DNA of 64,000 nucleotides, from contig NC_042999.1 of NCBI RefSeq assembly GCF_006345805.1, positions 161,448,001-161,512,000 on the forward strand, read 5' to 3'. Below are positions 53,647-64,000 of this stretch, one piece after another; the first letter of the stretch is position 1; each line of letters begins with the position of its first letter. Both the position numbers and the translations under genes were made by a program. Under the pieces are notes generated by a model. That model was not told the origin of the DNA, made no database searches, and saw nothing but the letters and a program-made list of their open reading frames with translations. This DNA is from Octopus sinensis (Eukaryota).

Positions 53647-53648
<2 letters not shown>
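52620..53648 (+). mobile_element. Tc1-like transposon with DD36E spacing, 5'-truncated and frameshifted
   Basis: FSDESSF; QDDNVPIH followed by 36 residues to E in WPPQSPDLNTIE. The right terminus reads ...ATTTTGTCCAACCACTG|TG. Confidence 0.85.
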
Positions 53649-53701
<53 letters not shown>

Positions 53702-53779
53702 CGTATATAAACACATAGATGCATACATACATACATATGTTTGTGAATGTATTTTTTTTTATTCTTTTACTCTTTTATT

Positions 53780-54656
53780 TGTTTCAGTCTTTTTTTTTTG
53801 TAAGTTTCTGCATCATTTGGTCCAGTTGGCTGCAGTATACTTCGGCCGTGATTGATGAGCCAAGTTTAATGAAATCATAATGGATCACACATGTGCCAGA
53901 CCCCAAACACACACCATCAGCTTCTTTTGATGAATTTTGCTTTTTGGACTGTGTTTTGGTGGCTTGTCTTTGGCCAACCATTGTGCTGAACATTTATGTT
54001 TCTTGTACTGGATCCATTTCTCATCACAAGTTACAATTCGATTCAAAAATGATTCATTTTTGACACGAGAAAGTAGCATAATGCAGGCTTCCAAACATTG
54101 CTGCTTCTGATTTTCATTGAGTTCAGGTGGAACCCACTTATCCAACCTTTCCACTTAACCGATTTGAACTAGGTAAGTCAATATTATTTGTTTGCTAACA
54201 CCAAACAACAACGATAACTCACGGACACTTTGAGATGGATCTGACTCGACGGTGGCTTTCAGTTCGTCATTATCCACCTTTGTTTCTGGTCGAACGCGTT
54301 GCTCATTTGTGAGGACAAAGTTACAAGAACGAAATTTTGCAAACCAATTTGATACTGTCTGCTGTGTAATAACATTAGAATGAAATAAGCCATTAATATT
54401 CTGAGCTATCTGTGATGCTGTATTTCCAAGAAAGAACTGATATTTCAAAACTGTACGAATTTCCGAGTTCTCCACATTTAACCATAAATAGCAAAAAACT
54501 ATTTATAAATACTTTATAAAGCGCAAAATGAGTTAAAGAAATAGATGTTTCAGCTTTCTAACAAAAAATATTGTCAAAATATAATAATGGCGCAAAATGA
54601 GCAGCTGTCAAAGTTTACCATATACCTTACTACAAATTTCATACTTGACAACCTAA
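53780..54656 (-). mobile_element. Mariner transposon, 3'-truncated and degenerate
   Basis: TIR TA|TTAGGTTGTCAAGTATGAAA; WVPPEL, IVTCDEKW, HQKKLMVCVW motifs. Confidence 0.88.
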
Positions 54657-55532
54657 TATATTATTTCATCCACTAGTCTTAAGTGTGGTAAAAAGGAAAA
54701 CATTTCAGAGATAGATGTGTGCAATTAAGGGTCACTAAGTTAAATATAATTCAGAAATATGAGAAATGCAGAATTTACTTGTGAGGTCAAGATATTGTAC
54801 GCAATATGTTACAGCACTTCGACCTAAAGCGAAATCCGAATTTTTAGCTATTCAAATCAACCTTGAATCTACATGTAGATAATATCTTCCAAGATATAGA
54901 ATAAATTATTCCATATGTGAAATGTTACATACAAAGAATATTGATTATCTGGAGGACGATTACTACAAGGATATAGGTAAACTAGATAGTGCACTAATAT
55001 TTACCATGAAAAATTCTTTTACCTCCATTCTTCGTGAGACTTAATTAAAAATCTTTTCTTGGGAAATATTTGAATGCTTTTCTGTGGAGGTGCGCACATT
55101 TTAGGGCTAATTCGCGTTTATTACCTAATAACTGGTATTTAAACGTGAAAATATGGAAAATATGGTTTCAGACATAAACTGCATTCCTTACTCCTGATTA
55201 CATAAGGCTTTGCCCCACCTATAATTACCCATTCTGTATCAAAGTTAGTGTTTCTATCCTTTAGAAACCAAATAACCTTATCTTGTACTTTACATTTTCT
55301 CTCTATCATGAACGGAAGCTATACGATTAGCTAGTCTCGCTTTGAATCTCTTCAATGCAATATTAGGTAATCATCTAGCAAGATTAGCGAGATTAGCGAG
55401 AGAGAGAGAGAGAGAGAGAGGAGAGAAAGCGCCGATCCAGCAGGCAAAAGGTGGATGGTCCTTATTTACCAGGAAGGTCAGATATGGTCAAAAAATTTGT
55501 TACGGTCAAAGTTAACAACATTGTTTTCACTA

Positions 55533-55604
<72 letters not shown>

Positions 55605-55699
55605 CCTTTAAAGACTCTCAGTACAGCTTTCATAAGGCCAAATGCATTGATCCCCTAAAAGGCTTGATGAAATTTTGTAAAATTCGTGTTTTTGTTACC

Positions 55700-56800
55700 A
55701 CCGAAATCAGCAATGCCTTCGACTGAGTCTTGCATATGAATCTCCTGGCAAAACAACTCGCTGTTTCTCGTCTTTTGTGTTGATGGCCTTCTGTCCACAT
55801 TGCACCATGCCAGCCTGTGCTAAGGGGCTCTATCTTTAAGCAGGTGCGCCCCTGGGTTCGGTTTTATCCCCACGCCGTTCCTCCTACACACCTATTTCTT
55901 TACTACCCACAAGGGGCTAAACACAGAGAGGACAAACAAGGACAGACATAGGTATTAAGTCGATTACATCGACTCCAGTGCGTAACTGGTACTTAATTTA
56001 TCGACCCCGAAAGGATGAACGGCAAAGTCAACCTCGGCGGAATTTGAACTCAGAACGTAACGGCAGACGAAATACCGCTAAACATTTCGCCCGGCGTGAT
56101 AACGTTTCTGCCAGCTCGCAGACCAACAATCTCCTTTTCATCACCTCCAGTGATCCACATAAAACACTAAGATAAACTATTTTCCGTGTTAATTCAAAAT
56201 GACATTGGAAAGGATTAAAATAAATGGGGGTGGGTGGAGTGGGAACACGAATTTATGAGACAGTCTAATTACCACAAAGTCGTTTTATTTTTGTTTTTTC
56301 AGTAGTAGAAATTTCTCCCCTCGAATCCCAACAACTACTAACCATCCGAAAAACACAGGCAAGACCCACATTGGAAACCAGCTCCCAGTTTTGCTACCCA
56401 CGCACGCATACATACTAAACTGAATCTAAAAAAAAAGATCAACCAACTGCTTTGCATGAAATCACTCGCATATTCCAATCTCTGGCTCACAAAGGACCTC
56501 TTACCTCTCTCTCTCTTCTCAACTGCTACTATTGTGACCTCAGTGGTTTAAAGCTAGCTGGTCTCAAACCTTCATCACTCAGACACTCCTACTCATTCAC
56601 CTCTCCTCTCGTCACAGATATTGTGTATCCCCCACCTCTACCCAATAAGTCTTCTTCCCGCCAGAACGTCGTCCATCTAAGTTTCCTACCCGGCACATCT
56701 TTACTGTTATCGTCAACTGTGCAATAATCACATTAACCACGTCGATTTCATTGGTTTCAAAGACCTGAGCGCAGATCTTTCCCGTTACCCAAATCAATAA
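55700..56800 (+). mobile_element. Old L2/CR1-type LINE RT and C-terminal remnants, interrupted by SINE B
   Basis: SNAFD, GSVLSPTPFLLH|NNLLFITS across the SINE, and SLSLLNCYY. Confidence 0.55.
55893..56119 (-). mobile_element. SINE family B
   Basis: Similarity to other copies. Confidence 0.9.
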
Positions 56801-56843
56801 GAAGTTATACATCTCCTTTCTCCACACCCGCATCACATACATA

Positions 56844-57346
56844 CCGTAAATCCTCGAGTATAGTCCGTCCTTGAGTATAATACGCAGGGGATTTTTAGGG
56901 GGCTGTACTTCCGAAAAACCTAAACCTTGTGTATAATACGCACTCCATCTCTAACTTGAGTCGTGCGTAATTAAGCCAGCAGCACTTAGTCGAGCAAACA
57001 ATAATGGTGATGTTCTTAACTGCTATATGGGAATGTAAATATGTTTGCAAATTGTTTTTGTTACATATTATTCTGTGTTCTGAATACTTTTATTTTAATA
57101 AATGTTGCTTACAGCAAGTTATGGATGATTCTTTTATGACTTCATTGCTTTCAAGCTTAGCTTAAGGTATTTTCGCACCCGACATCGCAAAATGCGTCTG
57201 AATAAACATTGCCGGACAGCAAATAGAGAGTCGGACATTGCTAAGAAAATATTTTTTTAATTTTTAACCTCGTATATAGTACGCACTAGGGGTTTTGACC
57301 GTTAAATGTTGGTGGGGAAATGCGTATTATACTCGAGGATTTACGG
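56844..57346. mobile_element. Pogo/Tigger-like MITE, inverted relative to 50801-51318
   Basis: TIRs CCGTAAATCCTCGAGTATA with TA TSD. Confidence 0.85.
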
Positions 57347-57601
57347 TACTTCGGTTCTTCTCTACTCAACCCTACAATATCTCAAACCAAACACCGAACT
57401 AAGAACTTAACCCACTCATTCAACCCCACTTCCCAGTTTATGTTGATAACATTATTGTTTAGCCCTAGGTCAATCCGGATTAAAACACTAAAAGTGTTCC
57501 AAGTGTGATCATCTGTTTTGGGTTTTTTTTATACTTATTAATTTTACAAAGTGAGTAGGAGTATCAGTGACTAACTATATCTAACGTGTTGTTCTTTACA
57601 A

Positions 57602-58185
57602 CAGTGCTTCTCAAACTATCAGATTTGGCGCACCGGCAGGCTTTCCACCCCGTCCCCCAATGTGCCAGAGACGGGTAATATTTCTTAGTAATATCAATTT
57701 ATTCTGGAAACAATATATATAATGAATATAATAAAAGTTGACAATTTTTTAAATCTTATATTTATTTTGTAAACAAATACAATATTACATAAGCATTTTA
57801 TATTACTTTCTTTTCTGGAAACTCGCCACCTACCGGCAGCTGATGGCTCGCCGACCACCACTGCTTTGCGGCGAGCTGGCAGAAGCGTTAGTACGCCGGG
57901 CGAAATGCGTAGCCGTATTTCGTCTGCCGTTACGTTCTGAGTTCAAATTCCGCCGAGGTCGACTTCACCTTTCATCCTTTCGGGGTCGATAAATTAAGTA
58001 CCAGTTACGCACTGGGGTCGATGTAATCGACTTAATCCCTTTGTCTGTCCTTGTTTGTCCCCTCTATGTTTAGCCCCTTGTGGGCAATAAAGAAACAAAT
58101 ACAATATTACATAAGCATTTTATATTACTTTCTTTTCTGGAAACTCGCTGCCTACAGGCAGCTGATGGCTCGCCGACCACCACTG
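57602..58185. mobile_element. hAT-type MITE containing a SINE B insertion
   Basis: Ends CAGTG...CACTG with an 8-bp TSD CTTTACAA/CTTTACAG. Confidence 0.75.
57868..58092 (+). mobile_element. SINE family B with 97-bp flanking duplication
   Basis: Direct repeats 57771-57867 and 58093-58189, three mismatches. Confidence 0.9.
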
Positions 58186-58253
58186 CTTTACAGTATGGTA
58201 TCGCTTCAGGGAGTTTTCGCTGCTGTTTCTAGCATGTAGTGCAACTACATTAC

Positions 58254-58369
58254 CGACTCCTTTATTGGTTTGCTTCTGTCCACGTATTTTTCTATAAGCG
58301 TCGATCTTACTGATGATGTTCAAACTGAATATGAACGGCATCGACCTCATCACTATTTGAAGCCTATAT
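58254..58369 (-). CDS. Weak candidate exon: YRLQIVMRSMPFIFSLNIISKIDAYRKIRGQKQTNKGV
   Basis: Donor TCG|gtaatg; phase-1 end fits the start of exon 36248-36371 (G+AA = Glu). The acceptor is poor. Confidence 0.25.
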
Positions 58370-58436
58370 CTAATTACTAATAACGCGTGCGTGCGTGCGT
58401 GCATGCATGCGTGTGTGTGTAAACGTTTATATTGTG

Positions 58437-58476
<40 letters not shown>

Positions 58477-58607
58477 ATAGCTACAGTTTTGGCCAAAAGT
58501 CAAATACTCCACTGAATTAGACACAGTTAATTGTATGAAGACAACGTAATTTATTCTCTGCATTAATAAACCATAGTCACATTTATCTGTTGCTGACTTC
58601 TGCTCGA

Positions 58608-58840
58608 GTTACTACCACTACTACTACTACTACTACTACTGCTGCTGCTACTACTACTACGACTACTACTACCGCTACTACTACTACTACTACTACGACG
58701 ACGACGACGACTACTACTACGACGACTACTACTACTACCACCACTACCACTACTACTACTACTACTCCTACTACTAGTTAGTAGTAGTAGTAATAGTTGT
58801 AGTAGTAATAGGTATAGTAGTAGTAGTAGTAGTAGTAGTG
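58608..58840. repeat. (CTA)n followed by (TAG)n microsatellite, self-complementary
   Basis: Direct reading of sequence. Confidence 0.9.
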
Positions 58841-59057
58841 GTCGTCGTGATTGTGGTTGTGGTGGCGGCGTTGGCGGCGGTAAAGGTGAAGGTGGTTGTG
58901 TTGGTGGTGGTGGTGAGAGTGGCGATGGTGGCAGTGCTTTTGTGAGGTTGTTGTGACTGTTGCGGCTGACGCTTAACCCTAAGAACTTCTGTCAAAGGCA
59001 TTCTAGCCGTGACCATTTGGTCTTTTTTCTATGTGCAGAGAACCCAGGACCACATTA

Positions 59058-59092
<35 letters not shown>

Positions 59093-59622
59093 GAGTGAGA
59101 GAGCAGTGCATGCCATCAAAGTGACACTGGGGTAAAATATACGAAGCCCAGTATACCCATCGTGACTACCCGTCTGATAAGGGTACACCAGGCCCATGCA
59201 TCACAACCATATGTGCGCGACATGATGATCTCATATCAAGATAAACAGCACATGACCTTGCAGGTGGGGCCCAGTTAGAATTTTCTTCAGTTGAGTAGCC
59301 CATCCCGCTCAAACGGTCCCTGAATAAGGGCTGTTTAAGGATGTTGAAAGAACCACCCATGTTTCCAGAGGTGAATTATTCAAACCCCAAAGAATCCCTC
59401 TCAACACATGGCTATGATGCTCCCCCACTACTTCTGCTCGTGATCAGAGATGCACATATCGTCAACCACTAAGGGACATGCTCAACTGGTTATGGTCAAA
59501 CAACTGACAAGCAAATCTGTGGTATTGAGCAGAATATTTGCTGTAGCCCATCTTTTATACCAAGACAAAACAATGTAAGATCAGAAGCCATGAGAGCCAC
59601 TGCCTGGTACTGCATCAGGGCA
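59093..59622 (-). mobile_element. Non-coding ~530-bp interspersed element embedded in (TAA)n
   Basis: No ORF and no recognisable tRNA head. (ATT)n lies on both sides. Confidence 0.55.
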
Positions 59623-59882
59623 TTTATTATTAATTATTATTATTATTATATTTTATTATTATTATATTAATTATTATTATTATTATTATTATTATTATCA
59701 TTATTATTATTATTATTTTATTTTATTGTTATTATTATTATTATTATTGTTATTATTATTATTATTATTATTATTGTTATTATTTTTTATTATTATTATT
59801 ATGTTATCATTATTATTATTATTATTATTATAATTATTATTATTATTATTATTATTATTATCATTATTATTATTATTATTAT
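59623..59882. repeat. (ATT)n microsatellite
   Basis: Direct reading of sequence. Confidence 0.95.
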
Positions 59883-62440
59883 TCAGTCAGTAGTTTTATT
59901 TTTATAGCGTGCTTTCCACTTCACTACCGAGCGCAGCTCTGTGTGCCTTGGGTATGTGCTGTGATTTGTTGTGATGATCTGATGGTTATTGTATGGAAGT
60001 GTTCTGCGTAGGATGTGTGCAGTGCCTAGTAGTGCAATTTTCTGTATGTTATATGTGTGTTTGTAAGTCCTGGTGTGTTTTGTTATGTATTTGTCTGAAT
60101 ATTTTTTATCATGCCTAATGCACCTACTATGATAGGAATTGTTTCTGTTTTCAGGTTCCACATTCTTTACCTCTATTTCCAGGTCTTTGTATTTGAGAGT
60201 TTCTCCATTTCTTTTAGAGACACGTTGTCATCTGCCGGTATTGAACATCAATTAGAAAGCATTTTTTTTCTTCATGATCTCTGACAACTATATCTGGTCT
60301 GTTGGCCTTAATTTCTCTATCTGTGTGTATCGGCATATCCCAGAGTAATGGTTGCTTTCTCGTTTTCTGTGACCTTTTCTGGTGTGTGCCTATACCATCT
60401 TTTTTCTGTTGTTATTCCATAATGTTGGCATAGCTTCCAATGTATGTAGGTTCCAACTCTGTCATGTCTGTGAATATATTCCTTCTTAGCCAGGACTGGG
60501 CAGCTAGAGATAATATGATTTATTGTTTCTTGTCCATCTCCACATATTCTGCAGTTACTTGTAATATTTCTTTTCATTACATGTTTTTGGTAATTTCTGG
60601 TGGGGAGGCTTTGGTCTTGTGCTGCAATTAAAATCCCTCTGTTTCTGCTTTGAGTCCTGAGCTTCTCAACCATTGCTGGGGATTTTTCTTTGTCTATTTC
60701 TTTGCGTTTTTTAAGTGCAGTATTTACCATGAAGGGGCTTTTCTTGCCATCGTTTTATCATGGCTCGTTGCTGTTCTATTTTTGTTTGGATTTCATTTGT
60801 TTTATAGCTTTTGTTGTTTCTTCATCTTCTTCTTCTTCTTCTTTGTGTTTATTAGGTGGTATGATTTCTTGTTTGTATTTGTCAGCTTCCTTAAATACTG
60901 AGAACAGTTTTTTGTTTTGCTCGTGTTTTGCTGCTATCTGGATCATTTTTCCTTCCTTCTGAAGTAGGTATTTTTGCAGTCCTATGGTGGTTATTTTATA
61001 GTAGTTTTCCAGCTGTATAAGGCCTCTACCACCTTCTATACGTTGTATATATAGTCTTTCTATGTCAGATTTTGGGTGATGCATCCTAGATCCTGTCAGT
61101 ATTTTTCTTGTTTTCCTATCTATTTTGGACAGTTCTTTTCGTGTCCAGTTAAGGATATTGTAGCTGTAACTTATAACTGGGACAGCTAAAGTGTTGATAC
61201 CTATTATCTTGTTTTTAGCATTGAGCTCTGTTTTTAGTATGATCTAACTCGTCTATAATATTCTTTTTTATTTTCTCTTTCATTTGTGTGTGTTGTGTCT
61301 TATCTAGTTCATGGATTCCTAAGTATTTGTAAGTTTGGCTTTGGTCTAATTCTTTTATTTCATTGTTTTATCTAGTGTGATGTTGTTACTCTAACTAGTT
61401 TTCCTCTTTTCATGGTTACTTTGGCGCATTTTCTAATCCAAATTTCATATCTATTTCTTTGGTAATCCATGAACTGTCTTTAATAGTGTTTCCAGCTGTT
61501 TGTCATTTGCAGCGTATAGTTTTAGGTCATCCATATATAAAAGGTGGCTGATCGTTTTGCCGTAACATTTATATCCGCATCCAGTTCTATTTAGCATATC
61601 AGATAGAGGTGACAGTGCCAAGCAGAAAAGGAGTGGAGAGAAGCGTGTCTCCCTGGAATATTCCTCTTCTAATGGGGATGTCTTTGGTTTTCATGAGTCC
61701 CTCTTTGTTTGAAGGTGTAGGACTGTTTGCCATTTATTCATAGAGTGCTCTATGAATTTTATGATTGTTGGTGCTACTTTGTTAATGGCTAGTGTTTCGA
61801 GGATCCATGTGTGGGGGATGCTATCAAACGCCTTTTTGTAGTCAATCCAGGCCATACTGAGGCCTTTCTTCTTCTGTGGCTGTGGCTGTCTTCAGTTACG
61901 GCTTTATTAATCATTATTGATCTTTACAGCCATATGAGCCCTTGCGGCATCCTTTCTGCTCTTCTGGAACAGTTTGTTTTCGTCCAGGTGCTTGTTCAGC
62001 CTTTGCGATATCACTGCAGTAAATGCCTTGAACATAGTAGGGAGGCAGGTTATTGGTCTGTAGTTTTCTGGTTTTGTTGTTTCATTTGATTTGGGAATTA
62101 AGATGGTTTTCCCCTTCGTGAGCCATTCAGGCATTGTCTCTGGCTCTGCTAGTATGCTGTTAAAGTTTTCAGCCAGCTTTTTGTGCATTCCTGTTAGATA
62201 TTTCAACCAGAAGTTGGGGATTTTGTCATGCCCAGGTGCCTTCCAGTTGCTTAGTTTTTGCAGTGCCTGGGTGACCTCTTCAGTTGTTATAGGGGTCCAA
62301 AGTTGTTCAGATGCCGAGTTTGTTATTTTCATACTCCTTTTTTTTGGCTGTTCGGTCGCCGACCATATTTCTTTCCAGAATTCTTCCAATTCTTTTGCCG
62401 TTGGTGCTGCAGTGACTTCTATTTTATTTTTGCCAAGTTC
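59883..62440 (-). mobile_element. R4/Dong-clade non-LTR retrotransposon (RT plus restriction-like endonuclease), 5'-truncated
   Basis: ENYRPITCLPTMFK, YMDDLKLYA (~61510-61545), CRICGDGQETINHIISSCPVLAKKEYIHRHD, RPDIVV and KYKDLEIE. (TAA)n on both flanks. Confidence 0.92.
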
Positions 62441-62589
62441 TTATTATTATTATTGTTATTATTATTATTATTATTATTATCATTATTATTATATTATTAT
62501 TATTATTATATATCATTATTATATTATTATCATTATTATCATTTTATTATTGTTATTTTATTATTATTATTATATTGTTATTATTATTA

Positions 62590-62639
<50 letters not shown>

Positions 62640-62676
62640 TTATTATTATCATTATATTATTATTATTATTATGATA

Positions 62677-62709
<33 letters not shown>

Positions 62710-62895
62710 CATTATTATTATTATTATGTTATTATTATTATTATTATTATTATTACATTATTGTTATTATTATTATCATGATTTATTATTATTATTATTA
62801 TTGTTATTATTATTATCATTATTATTATTATTATTATTATCATTATTATTATTATTATTATCATTATTATTATTATTATTGTTATTATTATTATT
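62441..62895. repeat. Long degenerate (ATT)n microsatellite
   Basis: Direct reading of sequence. Confidence 0.95.
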
Positions 62896-62997
62896 CAATG
62901 TGCCCTTTATAAAGATAACACGTTGCATATTTGAGGGGGATTCGCGGTGCTCTTTCTATCACGCAAAGGCTTGACTCTTTCGTCTGCACGAAGCTTG

Positions 62998-63360
62998 CGT
63001 GGTGGTGGTGGTGTGGTGGTGGTGGTGGTGGTGGTGGTGTGGTGGTGGTGGTGGTGAGGTTGTGGTGTGGTGAAGGTTGTGGTGGCAGTGGTGTGGTGTG
63101 AAGGTTGTGGTGGTGGTGGTGGTTGATGGTGGTGGTGAAGGTTGTGGTTGATGGTGGTGGTGGTTGTGGTGGTTGTGGTGGTGGTGGTGGTGGTGGTGAA
63201 TGTGAAGGTGGTGGTGTTGGTGGTGGTGGTGGTGGTGGTGGTGGTGCTTGTGGTGCTGGTGCTGGTGGTGAAGGTTGTGGTAGTGGTGGTGGTGGTGGTA
63301 GTAAAGGTTGTGATGGTGGTGGTGGTGATGGTGGTGTTGATGGTGGTGGATGGTGATAGA
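62998..63360. repeat. Degenerate (GGT)n microsatellite
   Basis: Direct reading of sequence. Confidence 0.9.
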
Positions 63361-63385
63361 TGGTGTTGGATGTAGTGCCGGTGAT

Positions 63386-63426
<41 letters not shown>

Positions 63427-64000
63427 TTATATATTGCTTTCTGTATTATTACAGTATCTGTGTTGATGTACATAAATGGAGTATGATGAATTGAGTATTA
63501 AATAGAGTATTGGAAACTAACCTTTCTACCAGCATGCACGTATTGTGTGTGTGTGTGTGTGTGTGTGTTTGTATCATACTTTGTGTGCACATACTAAGAA
63601 GCTGTCTGAAATGTACGCGCGTTGCAATGAGAGACAATGCATATCACCTCTCTCTCTTTCCTTCTCTCTTTCGCTCTCTCTCTCTCATCTTTCTCTCTCC
63701 TTTCTTTCTACTCCTTCTTATACTCTTTCTTCCTTCTTTCAAACTCCACCCATTCTCTTCTAGAAAATCATTCCTGACATAATACAATTTATCTGTGAAC
63801 ATCTTTCACGTAAATTATCACTGAATAAGTTCACTATAGGCATGGTTAAACCTTCACCCTTCACCGCTATTACAATCAGATCAAATCGTCTGTATCCAAC
63901 GAAAAGATTACAACAATCTAAGTTTTAATCAATGTATCACAGATACAGTTTACGTTTAATTTTTGCTTTGTTTTGCTTCGTGTCGTTTCCATTGCGAGTA

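Noticed and set aside
54890-54975. Plus-strand exon-like NIDYLEDDYYKDI-G|gtaaac
   Set aside because: Short, with a weak acceptor, and no compatible neighbouring exon or recognisable domain.
58186-58290. Plus-strand exon after ctgctttacag|
   Set aside because: The apparent acceptor is created by the hAT MITE end and its TSD, and the donor is weak.

Overview
AT-rich, microsatellite-dense metazoan genomic DNA. Its SINE families resemble those I recall from Octopus (inference; no database search was run). There is one 100-N gap at 7534-7633. The window is almost entirely repeats: several tRNA-head SINE families, non-autonomous Helitrons, Tc1/mariner elements (DD34D, DD34E, DD36E, DUF4817-type), MITEs, and LINE remnants (CR1/L2-group, Tx1/L1, R4/Dong, Penelope-like). 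A few candidate exons of a minus-strand multi-pass membrane protein gene are scattered across about 50 kb; the exon at 29734-29958 is best supported. Most ORFs in the supplied track are microsatellite artefacts. The most striking unannotated signal is about a dozen type I hammerhead-ribozyme motifs from at least five sequence families. Several have palindromic helix III (dimer-type), sit in tandem or inverted pseudo-LTR-like blocks within (TA)n tracts, and some carry unusually long helix II inserts. Other highlights: a Tx1 element apparently targeting (TATC)n, an R4/Dong element with a candidate non-autonomous partner in (TAA)n, a tandem cluster of ORF1-only (HAL1-like) retroelements, two SINE/LINE shared 3' tails, a ~300-bp spacerless palindrome, a 97-bp target-site duplication and a GC-rich, near-intact Tc1.
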